The position numbers were made by a program, and so were the translations under genes. A model generated the notes under the pieces. The model was not told the origin of the DNA. It saw nothing but the letters and a program-made list of their open reading frames with translations, and did no database searches. A stretch of 64,000 nt of DNA from NCBI RefSeq assembly GCF_044704955.1, contig NC_091978.1, forward strand, positions 375,286,001-375,350,000, in the 5' to 3' direction. Within the stretch, counting starts at the first letter, position 1. Every line of letters starts with the position of its first letter. The stretch is from Pristiophorus japonicus (taxonomy: Eukaryota). Positions 63,741-64,000 of this stretch are shown here, in pieces.

Positions 63741-63796
63741 ACAGAACCAGTCAATAGACAGAGGTAGAAGTGTCCTCCACCGATCCAGATGACAAG

Positions 63797-63848
63797 ATGA
63801 AAATCATTCTCTTCATTCTTGCTGCAGCCCGGATCCTCCGCTGTTCTG
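63797..63848 (+). CDS. spp2: SPP2-like gene copy 2, exon 1 (MKIILFILAAARILRCS-G)
   Basis: One substitution (V to A) relative to copy 1; same G|GCAAGT donor. Confidence 0.8.
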
Positions 63849-63954
63849 GCAAGTATTGAAGGGCGCTGTGGGATGATTGGAGCAAGAGCTGTTGTTCTGA
63901 TCATCAGTTGGTCTTGTCCCAATGTTACTTAAACCTCTTTGCTTTTTGGTTCAG

Positions 63955-64000
63955 GAATACCGTGTGAAGCTTCTACCCGACCAGAGGTTCCACCAGCACT
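63955..64000 (+). CDS. spp2: SPP2-like gene copy 2, exon 2 (partial, runs off window)
   Basis: Same acceptor; GIPCEASTRPEVPPAL; offset exactly 59604 bp from 4351. Confidence 0.8.

Overview
This is eukaryotic, repeat-rich vertebrate DNA, probably from a cartilaginous fish (inferred from the CR1, RTE, Penelope and Mag-type Gypsy repeat families). The main host gene, read from splice sites, is a + strand SPP2 (secreted phosphoprotein 24)-like cystatin-fold gene. It has a TATA/CCAAT promoter (~4050-4120), a signal-peptide exon (4193-4244, GC donor) and cystatin-domain exons (4351-4475, 6400-6522). A 6171-bp exon (13702-19872) carries a ~2000-aa Thr-rich mucin-like hexapeptide repeat between the end of the cystatin domain and the SPP2-type phosphoserine cluster. 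A candidate last coding exon (32287-32439) encodes a very cationic Arg/Lys/Gly peptide. The predicted product is ~2207 aa. A second, nearly identical copy of the promoter and exons 1-2 begins 59,604 bp downstream (63797), so the window spans about one unit of a tandem gene array, with signs of patchy gene conversion. Between the copies lie a very young env-only provirus (34977-41177) with an F-like, lokiretrovirus-type envelope, an older gag-pol provirus lacking env (46735-53962) with nested insertions, and a deleted Gypsy element (58127-61582). The rest is mostly nested CR1/RTE/Penelope fragments and minisatellites, plus one 250-N gap. All identities are by-eye estimates; no searches were run.
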